Source of the DNA: Candidatus Latescibacterota bacterium
Lineage (GTDB): Bacteria > Latescibacterota > UBA2968 > UBA8231
Assembly: GCA_965217585.1 (NCBI GenBank)
Contig: OZ244561.1
Coordinates: forward strand, 4,992,001 to 5,056,000
DNA: 64,000 bases
Reading direction: 5' to 3'
Positions 31,587 through 40,190 of the stretch are shown here, piece by piece; the first letter of the stretch is position 1; each line of letters begins with the position of its first letter. Below the pieces are notes generated by a model, which ran no database searches, was not told the DNA's origin, and was given only the letters and a program-made list of their open reading frames with translations. The translations under genes and the position numbers were made by a program.

Positions 31587-31606
31587 TGTAACTATATGTG
31601 GTTACA
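31587..31606. promoter_or_regulatory. Palindrome TGTAAC-N8-GTTACA, probable HicB operator
   Basis: Directly upstream of the hicA start. Confidence 0.6.
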
Positions 31607-31742
31607 AAGAACAGCACAAGGGAGATATTCGACGGCCTGTGCTGGGTTGTGTCCTGCCAGCATTTTGACGGCGCTATAAGGCGCAGTATCTTCCTTGCAA
31701 AACTACGCTATTTTTCAATCATCCCCTAACCGGAGCCTCACT

Positions 31743-33107
31743 ATGACCGCGCCTATCGTCTTGGGATCCCGCCGCGAATTATTCGTCGATCACTTTCTCA
31801 TTGAACACCTCAATGGGGCCGCTCTGCACCTGCACCCGCCCGTCCGCCGCGAAGTGGTCTATCAAGTCTCCCAGCCTTGGGACAACGCCTGCACGGGCTG
31901 CTACAATCTCACTCAGGACGGGAGCCGTATTCTACTGTACTATCGGGGTTTCTATCCGATTGGCGCGGACTACGCCGACGGTGCGGCCAGCCAGACCACT
32001 AACTTGGCCGTCAGCACCGACGGTATTCACTTTACGCAACCTGAACTGGGCTTGGTCGAATTCAACGGCACGCGCAAAAACAACGTCCTGATCCAGGGCC
32101 ACGAAAGCCACAATTTCTGCGTCTTTCTCGACGGTAATCCCGCAGCCGACCCGGCGCAGCGCTTCAAAGCCGTGGGCGGCACGGGCCAGTCCAACTTGCA
32201 CGGCTTTGCCTCGCCCGACGGCCTCCACTGGACTCCGGTCAAAGATGGCCCCTTGGACGTCACCGGTGCCTTTGACTCGGTCAACGTCGCCTTGTGGGAC
32301 CCTCACATTGGGAGCTATCGCCTCTTCAGCCGCTACTTCGACAGCACCGGCGGCCGGGTGCGGGCCATCCAGAGTTGCACCTCCGAGGACTTTATCCACT
32401 GGACGCCGCCGCAGCCCCACCAGTACGCCGACGACGTGCCGCTGGAACACTTCTACACCAACGCCACCACGCCTTGCCCTGGTGCCGAGCACATCCTGCT
32501 GTCGTTCCCCATGCGCTTTTTGCCCGAGCGCCAGCTCGACATCGCGGCGATGGATTACCCTGGGTCGGGCCTGTCCGACGCGGTGTTTATGAGCAGCCGC
32601 GACGGCGTCCACTGGGACCGCCCCTTCATGGAGGCTTGGGTGCGCCCCGGCACGGATCAGCGCAACTGGTCCCACCGCAGTTGCACGCCCGCCCCCGGCT
32701 TGGTGCAAACTGCCGACGACGAATGGTCCATGTACCTTTCGGAAAATTACGGCTGGTCAACTAACCGCTTGCGCCGTGTGGTCGTACGGCCGCACGGTTT
32801 TGCCTCGGTGCGGGCCGGGTATAGAGCCGGTGAATTGCTCACCCGTCCCTTGCTGTTGGAAGGGGCCGCCTTGCGCCTCAACTACGCGACCTCGGCGGCG
32901 GGGTCGCTGCGCGTGGAATTGCAGGACGAGTCGGGCCAGCCCCTGCCTGGGTATGCCTTGGAGGAGATGGACCCGGTCTACGGTGACCAACTCGACTCAC
33001 CGGTGGCTTGGAAAGCAGGCGGCGACTTGTCCGGGCTCAAGGGCCGTCCGGTGCGCTTGCGGGTGGTGTTACAAGACGCTGATTTGTTTGCCGTGCGGGC
33101 CGCGTGA
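31743..33107 (+). CDS. Five-bladed beta-propeller glycoside hydrolase-like protein (GH32/43/130-like)
   Basis: RRELFVD, repeated SxDGxHW/F boxes, C-terminal ADLFA. Confidence 0.7.
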   Translation: MTAPIVLGSRRELFVDHFLIEHLNGAALHLHPPVRREVVYQVSQPWDNACTGCYNLTQDGSRILLYYRGFYPIGADYADGAASQTTNLAVSTDGIHFTQPELGLVEFNGTRKNNVLIQGHESHNFCVFLDGNPAADPAQRFKAVGGTGQSNLHGFASPDGLHWTPVKDGPLDVTGAFDSVNVALWDPHIGSYRLFSRYFDSTGGRVRAIQSCTSEDFIHWTPPQPHQYADDVPLEHFYTNATTPCPGAEHILLSFPMRFLPERQLDIAAMDYPGSGLSDAVFMSSRDGVHWDRPFMEAWVRPGTDQRNWSHRSCTPAPGLVQTADDEWSMYLSENYGWSTNRLRRVVVRPHGFASVRAGYRAGELLTRPLLLEGAALRLNYATSAAGSLRVELQDESGQPLPGYALEEMDPVYGDQLDSPVAWKAGGDLSGLKGRPVRLRVVLQDADLFAVRAA

Positions 33108-33112
33108 GACCG

Positions 33113-34048
33113 TTACGAGTTATTACCTCGCAGTCTTACAGCGTTGATATAATCTTTTCCGCTTTCTTCAATATCCCGGACAAGGGAGAGCGGATTGACG
33201 GATTTTTTTAACCAAATATCAAATACAACGACGGTCGTTCCATCCTCATTATGGATCACGTCTGCTACCTGCCAGCGCTTGGTACTGGATGTTAGGATCA
33301 ACTCCGTTGCTTTTTGCACCTCTTCGACCTTCGTTGCATGCACTTCGATCTGAGCGTCGCAGGGTTTCTGGGGGGCAATCGCCTTGTCGCTCGTTTCAGA
33401 GACTTGGGACGATTTTTCAGGATAAAGAATGGTCCAGCCGGATATTACCGCCGGCCGCGTGCCAAAATTGCTTTTCCACACACCCAGCGCTATGGCGACG
33501 AAAACCAACGATGCGAGGTACGCCACGGTAGTAAGCTGGGTGCCGGCCGCCAGCCCTATGCCGATGGCCATGAGCATGTACACGGCATCCATCGGCTCTT
33601 CGAGTGAGGTGCGAAAGCGCACGGCGGCCACGATGCCCGCCAAGCTGAACGCAAGGGCTAGGCTACCCTTAACTAAAAAAACGACCAGCGTTATGGAGGT
33701 AGGTATCACGAGCAGAGTATGTGCAAAGGATTGGCTGTATTTCTTGCGCGGCCGCGTCCAGCGATAGACCCAAGTAATGGGGAGCGTAACCCCGAAGGCC
33801 AGCACCAAAGCGACCATGATTGGAATGGTGTGTGCTGGATCGACGAGCCGCAACACCCCTTCTTCGATATTGCCGAGCGGAAATGGAACGGTGTCGGCTC
33901 CAGTGTCCAAGGATTTTGCTATGAAGATGCGTTCGCGCTCTCGGGCGACGTAATAGAGGATCTGGGGGAAGAGGTGAAAAATCCCGCTGAGGGCTAAAAG
34001 CCATGCGGCATAGTAAACGAGGAGACGTATGATCATGTTGTTGAGCAT
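33113..34048 (-). CDS. DUF4956-like membrane protein
   Basis: SLALAFSLAGIVAAVRFRT..EEPMDAVY..AIGIGLAAG signature. Confidence 0.8.
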   Translation of the reverse strand: MLNNMIIRLLVYYAAWLLALSGIFHLFPQILYYVARERERIFIAKSLDTGADTVPFPLGNIEEGVLRLVDPAHTIPIMVALVLAFGVTLPITWVYRWTRPRKKYSQSFAHTLLVIPTSITLVVFLVKGSLALAFSLAGIVAAVRFRTSLEEPMDAVYMLMAIGIGLAAGTQLTTVAYLASLVFVAIALGVWKSNFGTRPAVISGWTILYPEKSSQVSETSDKAIAPQKPCDAQIEVHATKVEEVQKATELILTSSTKRWQVADVIHNEDGTTVVVFDIWLKKSVNPLSLVRDIEESGKDYINAVRLRGNNS

Positions 34049-34069
34049 TATGTATCCCTCCTTAATTAG

Positions 34070-36757
34070 CTAGAACACCAAACCAGCGCGCATATACACT
34101 CCCGTCAAGTCATCGCCTTGTACGACTGCCACGCTCAAGGTCTGCCACCGTCGGAGAAAAGACAGCCACAATCCACCTCCCACGCCAGTATGCCAACTGT
34201 CAGCATCGTCCGGATCCCCGGAATAAATCACCCGGCCGGCATCAGCCGCACCGAACAGGCCCAACTCTCCCGGCACTAAAAGCTTGATTTTGGCCAGCAC
34301 CAAGCGCAGTTCGGAATTGCCATACAGCGCGGTATCTCCCGCGAACCGGTTCTTCCGAAAACCACGTAAGTTGCCATTGGATGTGCCACTACCGGCTAAG
34401 CCGGGCCCGCCCAAGAAAGCGCTCTCGTGAAAGGGGAAGGTCCCCCACACTTTCTTGCCGCCCGCTCTTAAGGCGAGGGTCGGGCTAGTTGGAATGCGAG
34501 CCGTCACGTACGTGCGTGCTTCTCCATCTATGCTGCCAAAGGCCGACGCCACATCCCAAGCTCCTGGATAGACGGCTCCGGCGACTCTGAGCAAGAACCC
34601 CCGAGTGGCATACCCTGGATTGTTGCGCGTATCGTACGCGATTTCGCCCTGTGCTCCTACTTGGCCGAAGGAATCCGTGCCGTACACCGGGTGATCCAGA
34701 GAACCGATAAATTTGTCCTTATTGGAACTCAGCGGCGTGTTTGCATACTTGATGATCGGCCCCCAGCCAATGGTTAATTTCGAGCGCAGCGATCCCATAT
34801 CTCCTTCATGCTCTTCTGCGCGAAATTCGAGGGATGGGGCGAGAGCGAAATAATTTTGCTCCACTGCATAAAAAGAAGATGTACCCGGAATCTCCGTTTT
34901 ATTACCGAGTCCGTTGAACCGAATTACTTGGAGTCCGGAGTATTTGAGATGAACTCTCGCGTCGAGATTGAGCAGCAGTTGGCGGAAGGTTCCGGTATAG
35001 GAAACAGATGACTTGAGACGATTGATCGCCAGCCCGGCGTTGAAGGAATGACGCGAAGAGAAAGGGTTTTTTCGATAGCCGAAATACTGCCGGCTGCCAA
35101 AACCTCCTACGAACACGCTCAGATCTGGATTGGCCATAAGGATCGGGAGCGTAATCGCCTGCATGCCCCAGTCCAGTGCATACCGCGCGCGGAGAATCCG
35201 TGCGGGAGGACGCTTGTAGGGGCGCTTGTCGATTTTCGCGCCCTTGCCTTTGGCGAACCGATTTTTTCCACGATAATCGTAAAACTGGGTCTTTGCGGCA
35301 CTAGCTTGGGATGAATTTGTGGACGCGTCGTCCCCGCCTCCGCCGTCGATGCGGACGGCAATTCGTCCCTTGGCCCCTGCTATCTCCGCGCGGTCGGCTC
35401 CCCCTCGGAGGTATATGCGGACTTCCCGGGTTTCTTGGGGGTGGAACGTCCGCTGGAAATAGGGCGTCTTCCTTGCTCCATCAGGATCTTCCATGAGGCC
35501 GATGCGGACTGAGAGATCGCCGCTTGGCAGGTGTTCACAGTGGGCGTACTCGTCCTGATCGGTCGCTTGGATTTCGGCCTCGCGGGTAATCAACGCATAG
35601 TATCGGCGGGCAAATTCAGGCAATGCGTCCCGCCTCGATTTGAGCGCCTTTGTAAGCGCTGCTCCTACGATCTTGTAATACGGCGGGGGGAGCTTTCGCA
35701 CGGCATCCTCGATGATCGGGTCTGGAAGGTCCCGGCGAAACGCCGTTACGACCGAATCCCATGCCGTCTTATTGAGTTCGGCTAGGAACTGGCGATCCAG
35801 CTCCCAGCCCGTAGTCGATAGGCCCACCAGACTCGGATACGCGTCGTCGAACTCGATTTGCATCGGAAGCCCTCTACGCGCCACAGCCATGCCAAACCCG
35901 TCGAGGCCGACAAAGGCTTGGTCGCGATCCTCTGGTATGGGCAGCCAAGTATAACAATCGCCAGCGGGGAACCGCGCCCATCGCCACTGACCGTAGTGGC
36001 GATCCCTGTCGTTGATGAGAAAATCCATCAGCCTCGCCTTTAGATAGACACGGGCATCGACGCGGTTGCAGGGAGTTTTTTCCAAGCGCTGCCACAGCTT
36101 CTCCGTGCCGCTGATCTTGCGGGAACCGGCAAAACCGGGCGTATCGTCCGGCCCTTCAGAAGGGTGTTCCTGTAGCATTCCTATAAGGCCGGCAAATTCC
36201 TCGCGGTACTCCTTCAGCCTAAGATCCTCTGGAATAACTACGAGCGTATGCTTGGCGTGAAGGATGCCGGTGGCTTCCATTAGCGGATCGACCACGAGCC
36301 CTGCGGTTGGTAGAAGCGCACTGATCATGTCCTGCAGGACGTCGTCCACGACCGTATTCTTGAGTTCGTCCCATTTCCTTTTCATAGGATCTTTATCCAA
36401 GGAGCGAACCGTATAGCGGCGGCCATCTTTTCCCGTAAAGTGCAGAGAGATGGACTGACCGGCCCCGCCGGTGCGAAGCGGTGTCAAGCCACCTCCTACA
36501 CGGTCGAGGTCGAGGACCGCAACCTCGATAGGGGTAGTCCAGAGATCTCGGTAATCGCGGCCGTAGAGCCAGCGTTTGAACCCACCGGCGCGGAACCTTT
36601 CCCCTAGAATCACCACATGGGTTTTGGCACCCTGCGGAGGGATAGAGCGGTGAATTCTGTATCCTGGAGGAGGGGATTCTTCCGAAGCCGATTCTGCTGG
36701 AATGGAAACGGCGAGCACCAACGAGAGTACTATGGGAATCCGCTTGGAGAATACCAT
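34070..36757 (-). CDS. Secreted protein with an atypical kinase-like N-terminal domain and a C-terminal Omp85/BamA-TamA-like barrel
   Basis: Signal peptide; GGAGQS, DFLINDRDRH, EDRDQAF; YDTRNN, LRGFRKNRFAGD, terminal Phe. Confidence 0.75.
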   Translation of the reverse strand: MVFSKRIPIVLSLVLAVSIPAESASEESPPPGYRIHRSIPPQGAKTHVVILGERFRAGGFKRWLYGRDYRDLWTTPIEVAVLDLDRVGGGLTPLRTGGAGQSISLHFTGKDGRRYTVRSLDKDPMKRKWDELKNTVVDDVLQDMISALLPTAGLVVDPLMEATGILHAKHTLVVIPEDLRLKEYREEFAGLIGMLQEHPSEGPDDTPGFAGSRKISGTEKLWQRLEKTPCNRVDARVYLKARLMDFLINDRDRHYGQWRWARFPAGDCYTWLPIPEDRDQAFVGLDGFGMAVARRGLPMQIEFDDAYPSLVGLSTTGWELDRQFLAELNKTAWDSVVTAFRRDLPDPIIEDAVRKLPPPYYKIVGAALTKALKSRRDALPEFARRYYALITREAEIQATDQDEYAHCEHLPSGDLSVRIGLMEDPDGARKTPYFQRTFHPQETREVRIYLRGGADRAEIAGAKGRIAVRIDGGGGDDASTNSSQASAAKTQFYDYRGKNRFAKGKGAKIDKRPYKRPPARILRARYALDWGMQAITLPILMANPDLSVFVGGFGSRQYFGYRKNPFSSRHSFNAGLAINRLKSSVSYTGTFRQLLLNLDARVHLKYSGLQVIRFNGLGNKTEIPGTSSFYAVEQNYFALAPSLEFRAEEHEGDMGSLRSKLTIGWGPIIKYANTPLSSNKDKFIGSLDHPVYGTDSFGQVGAQGEIAYDTRNNPGYATRGFLLRVAGAVYPGAWDVASAFGSIDGEARTYVTARIPTSPTLALRAGGKKVWGTFPFHESAFLGGPGLAGSGTSNGNLRGFRKNRFAGDTALYGNSELRLVLAKIKLLVPGELGLFGAADAGRVIYSGDPDDADSWHTGVGGGLWLSFLRRWQTLSVAVVQGDDLTGVYMRAGLVF

Positions 36758-36881
36758 TTTTAGAAAGCTTGTCGGCTTCAGACTAATCTGGCGGTAGGCA
36801 ATTTGGCTCGTAACTCCTTAATTTAGCATTCGAGCAAGGACGCGCATAGTGAACCACTTTTAAAAACAACCTCTACTATCC

Positions 36882-37121
36882 ATGACCAAAATCCTCTTTC
36901 TCTGCACCGGCAACTCCTGCCGCAGCCAAATGGCCGAGGGCTTTGCCCGCGCCCTAAAATCCAATCAGTTTGAAGCCTACTCAGCGGGGATCGAGACCCA
37001 CGGTCTCAACCCCAACGCCGTCCAAGTGATGGCCGAGGTCGGCATTGATATCTCGTCCCAGCAATCGACGCATGTTGACCAGTTCCGCCACATCGACTTC
37101 GACTGGGTGGTCGTGGGTTAA
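36882..37121 (+). pseudogene. arsC: Internally deleted second allele of arsC
   Basis: First 231 nt differ from 39754-39984 at 8 sites (6 synonymous), then jump to the final G(T/C)GGGTTAA; about 186 nt missing. Confidence 0.9.
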
Positions 37122-37127
37122 ACGCGT

Positions 37128-37167
37128 TTAGCCGGGCACCACGGGCTGTTCGCGGTCTTGTTCTACT
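37128..37167 (-). pseudogene. 3' stub of a second M24 peptidase allele
   Basis: Reads VEQDREQPVVPG*, the same as the end of 40191-41432, with synonymous changes. Confidence 0.85.
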
Positions 37168-37204
37168 TGATCGGAATTTCGTTAAGGTCAGGGCGGTTCA
37201 GTCT

Positions 37205-37591
37205 TTAGCCACCCATCTGCGCGATTCTTCGTGCCATCCAAGATATATAGGCCGTGCGGGTCATTTTGCGTCTTCGCGCCTCGGAGTCGATAAAAGCGGC
37301 TACTTCTTCGTCGAGATTCAAGTGAGCGCGCACGCTGCGACCCGACAGACGGATCAGGGGAATGGACACCAGCGCTTGTCCAGCGAGGGTCTCGATGTCT
37401 TCAAGGGCACTCGGCGCCGTAAGGGTCTCGCCGTCTTTTTCCGCTTCGAGCGCACCATCGTGAAGCGCCTCTTCGGCATTCATCAGCGCCTCATCCATCG
37501 TCTTGCCCATGGCCACGATACCGGGAAGATCCGGGAAGGTCACGCCATAGGCACCTTTTTCGCCGTCGATCAGTGCAGGATATCGGATCAT
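37205..37591 (-). CDS. hicB: HicB family antitoxin with C-terminal RHH
   Basis: YGVTFPDLPG..AMG.T.DEA..NAEEAL; RAHLNLDE. Confidence 0.9.
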   Translation of the reverse strand: MIRYPALIDGEKGAYGVTFPDLPGIVAMGKTMDEALMNAEEALHDGALEAEKDGETLTAPSALEDIETLAGQALVSIPLIRLSGRSVRAHLNLDEEVAAFIDSEARRRKMTRTAYISWMARRIAQMGG

Positions 37592-37612
37592 AGTCCTTGT
37601 TTCCTTGGCCGC

Positions 37613-37804
37613 TTATTCATCTAACCATCCGGCCTTTTTTGCAATGGAGCGGGCGACACCCGGCGACAGCTTGTTGTGTCTTGGCAAGGTGATGATGCCC
37701 TTGACGAGAGGATGTCGATAAATGTCATGGCTGCCACCGTGGCGTACCATGTACCAACCTTCTTTCTCCAGTTTTCTTTTAATCAGGTTGGTCCTAGTTT
37801 CCAT
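37613..37804 (-). CDS. hicA: HicA family toxin
   Basis: LEKEGW..RHGGSHDIYRHP, GVARSIAKKAGW. Confidence 0.9.
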   Translation of the reverse strand: METRTNLIKRKLEKEGWYMVRHGGSHDIYRHPLVKGIITLPRHNKLSPGVARSIAKKAGWLDE

Positions 37805-37820
37805 ATTCGTGGCCCGATAT

Positions 37821-37854
37821 GTGCATATATATGCACTTTTAAGGGATATGTCAA
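37821..37854 (-). promoter_or_regulatory. Sigma70-like promoter TTGACA-N17-TATATA overlapped by the perfect palindrome GTGCATATATATGCAC (probable HicB operator)
   Basis: Read directly upstream of hicA. Confidence 0.7.
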
Positions 37855-37859
37855 GGTCA

Positions 37860-37897
37860 CAATGATTCCGTCTAGGTCGCAGCGCTGCATTACACGG
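37860..37897 (-). pseudogene. 5' stub of the second M24 peptidase allele
   Basis: AATGATTCCGTCTAGG(T/C)CGCAGCGCTGCAT and CATTACACGG match 41370-41429, with an internal deletion. Confidence 0.8.
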
Positions 37898-37923
37898 TAG
37901 GCCCTTTTTCTTTTTCTACAGGG

Positions 37924-38505
37924 TCAGAACAGGATGCGGGCACCTAGAATCGGTCTATGATTCTTTCGCGGATCAAGAGCCACGTTAATCGCGGGTTTGA
38001 TCCGCGACGCTCCACTCATAAACTGTGTTGGAATAGTTTCCCATTCCTCGCTCCGCACAATGGTGCCGATGACCAAGCCCGTAAGCCCTAGGCACGTCCC
38101 CAACACAGTGCTACCTAAGATCGCTTCTGCAGCGGTTATTTTATCGCATCCAATGTGAGGGGTGCAGTTCTGGCCAACGGGCAAACTGAGGAAGAGTCCA
38201 CTAAGAGTACCAGCGCCAAACCCGATCGTGAATCCGCGTTTCTTGTAGGTCTGGGTCCCAAGGCTCCGCTCCAGCAGTTCTATCTCGCTGTGCACGACGG
38301 AGCGGGATTTGCCGCCCCATAGTCTGAGGTCAAATCCGCTCTGGCTCGTCGCCGAAACAGTCCCAGTCATCGTTTCGTCGTCTAAGGTCACACGCAGACG
38401 CTCTCCTACATGCTGTCCGTAAAGGGGGGCAGGAAAGCTCATAACTATCAAGGCCATTGCGCTCACGAGGATAGTGAATCGCTGCAAGGGTCTCATGGCT
38501 ATCAT
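37924..38505 (-). CDS. Secreted/membrane hypothetical protein
   Basis: Signal peptide, Sm/SH3-like N-terminal segment, Gly-rich hydrophobic helices, terminal Phe. Confidence 0.65.
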   Translation of the reverse strand: MIAMRPLQRFTILVSAMALIVMSFPAPLYGQHVGERLRVTLDDETMTGTVSATSQSGFDLRLWGGKSRSVVHSEIELLERSLGTQTYKKRGFTIGFGAGTLSGLFLSLPVGQNCTPHIGCDKITAAEAILGSTVLGTCLGLTGLVIGTIVRSEEWETIPTQFMSGASRIKPAINVALDPRKNHRPILGARILF

Positions 38506-38544
38506 AGATTGCCTAATTGAGTAGGGTGAATGTGCGCCGTGTCC

Positions 38545-39543
38545 TTATTTAACGATGACCATCTTGCGCACTTGGGCGACCGGTCCGGCTTGCAAGCGGT
38601 ACAAACACACGCCGCTAGAGACGCGCTGGCCTCTTTGATCGCGGCCATCCCAATGGGCGGCGCTGGTGCTCGTCAAATACTGACCCGCCGCGCGATAGCC
38701 CAAGTCGATTTCTCGGACTAGCGCCCCTCGGACATCGTAGATCGTCAGGCGCACGTGGGCGGGGACGTGGAGTTGATAGGGGATATAGGTGTCTGGGTTG
38801 AAGGGGTTGGGGAAGTTGGCCAGCAGTGCCGTCTGTGTGGGTAGTGGAGGCGAAAGCTCAATTGCCGTCAGCGTAGAAGGAGTGATGTACGGCGACATAT
38901 CCCACAGTAGGATCGTGCCGCCCTCACCTCTACTGGCAAGGATTGTACCGTCCGGCGAAAACACCACCACGCCATACCCGTTGAGGGTGGCTTTTCGTTG
39001 GCGGCTGTCCACATCCCATAGCAGGATACCCCCGCCGCTACTGGCCAAGAGTTTGCCGTCCGGCGAAAACGCCACTACGCCATACCCTTTGAGGGTGGCT
39101 TTTTGTTGGCCGCTGTCCACATCCCACAGCAGGATTTTCCCACTGCCACTGGCCAGCGTGTTCCCGTCCGGCGAAAACGCCACGGAAGAGACCCCCCCTG
39201 TATGCCCTGTGAGCAAGAGGACTTCGTTGTGGGTGGGGATATCATAGACCCATCTACCCCAAAAACTCCACGGATCGGTGAATTCAAGTTTCCACGAATA
39301 GGTGGCTTCGTTGGGGGTGCGGACATCGTAGAGCCAGATGCCAATGGTCGTGGCTACTGCTAGTCGTGTGCCATCGGGCGAGTACGCAACCGTACGGTCG
39401 CCCCTTTGGATCGTTCCTTTTCCTAGACGGGCGAGGGCCCCTTCGGGCAAATTCCAGCGGATATAGTCTTGGGCACGGCTATTCTGTACAAACAGGAGCG
39501 CGACCAACAAGAGGGCGAGATTGAACAACCGGGGCTGTTTCAT
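38545..39543 (-). CDS. Secreted WD40 repeat protein with a C-terminal FlgD-Ig/T9SS-like domain
   Basis: VAFSPDG..LAS and LWDV repeats at a 108-bp period; LLANFPNPFNP, WDGRD..G..VSSG. Confidence 0.85.
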   Translation of the reverse strand: MKQPRLFNLALLLVALLFVQNSRAQDYIRWNLPEGALARLGKGTIQRGDRTVAYSPDGTRLAVATTIGIWLYDVRTPNEATYSWKLEFTDPWSFWGRWVYDIPTHNEVLLLTGHTGGVSSVAFSPDGNTLASGSGKILLWDVDSGQQKATLKGYGVVAFSPDGKLLASSGGGILLWDVDSRQRKATLNGYGVVVFSPDGTILASRGEGGTILLWDMSPYITPSTLTAIELSPPLPTQTALLANFPNPFNPDTYIPYQLHVPAHVRLTIYDVRGALVREIDLGYRAAGQYLTSTSAAHWDGRDQRGQRVSSGVCLYRLQAGPVAQVRKMVIVK

Positions 39544-39753
39544 CGGAAGTTCTCTTTCTGGCTGAAGGCAGATGTATGCCGCTTAGGGCGGCCTTGATGC
39601 CGCGTTCGGTCGCATCCTACCGGCGTCCACTAGTCGGCTCGTGTAGAATTATAACACATATACCGCTAGCGACGCACTCGCCGCGATGGACTTCCCGGAA
39701 CATTTCCTCGGCGGGCATAGCGACCCCGAGCGTGGATGTTTATTCTAATATCT

Positions 39754-40179
39754 ATGACCAAAATCCTCTTTCTCTGCACCGGCAATTCCTGCCGCAGCCA
39801 AATGGCCGAGGGCTTTGCCCGCGCCCTGAAATCCAATCAATTTGAAGCCTACTCAGCGGGGATCGAGACCCACGGTCTCAACCCCAACGCCGTCCAAGTA
39901 ATGGCCGAGGTCGGCATTGATATTTCGGCCCAGCAATCGACGCACGTTGACCAGCTCCGCCACATCGACTTCGACTGGGTGGTCACGGTCTGCGACCATG
40001 CGGCCGAACAGTGTCCTGTTTTTCCGGGGCGCGCCCGGGTAGTGCACCGGGCCTTTGACGACCCGCCGAAGCTGGCGCGGGATGTGCGCAGTGCAGAAGA
40101 AGCGCTGGGGGCGTATCGGCGGGTGCGCGACGAGATCGGTACTTATATCAAGACTTTGCCCGAGGGATTGGCGGGTTAA
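39754..40179 (+). CDS. arsC: Arsenate reductase, thioredoxin-dependent LMW-PTP family
   Basis: [14 protein letters not shown]-loop, VTVCD, CPVFPG, FDDP. Confidence 0.92.
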   Translation: MTKILFLCTGNSCRSQMAEGFARALKSNQFEAYSAGIETHGLNPNAVQVMAEVGIDISAQQSTHVDQLRHIDFDWVVTVCDHAAEQCPVFPGRARVVHRAFDDPPKLARDVRSAEEALGAYRRVRDEIGTYIKTLPEGLAG

Positions 40180-40190
40180 GATCGCCTTCT

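Noticed and set aside
39544-39753. Intergenic region as a riboswitch or ncRNA
   Set aside because: No recognisable conserved motif; a covariance search would be needed
36882-39984. arsC duplicate (and PhyH duplicate) as DGR template/variable repeats
   Set aside because: Differences are mostly synonymous and not adenine-specific; no reverse transcriptase gene
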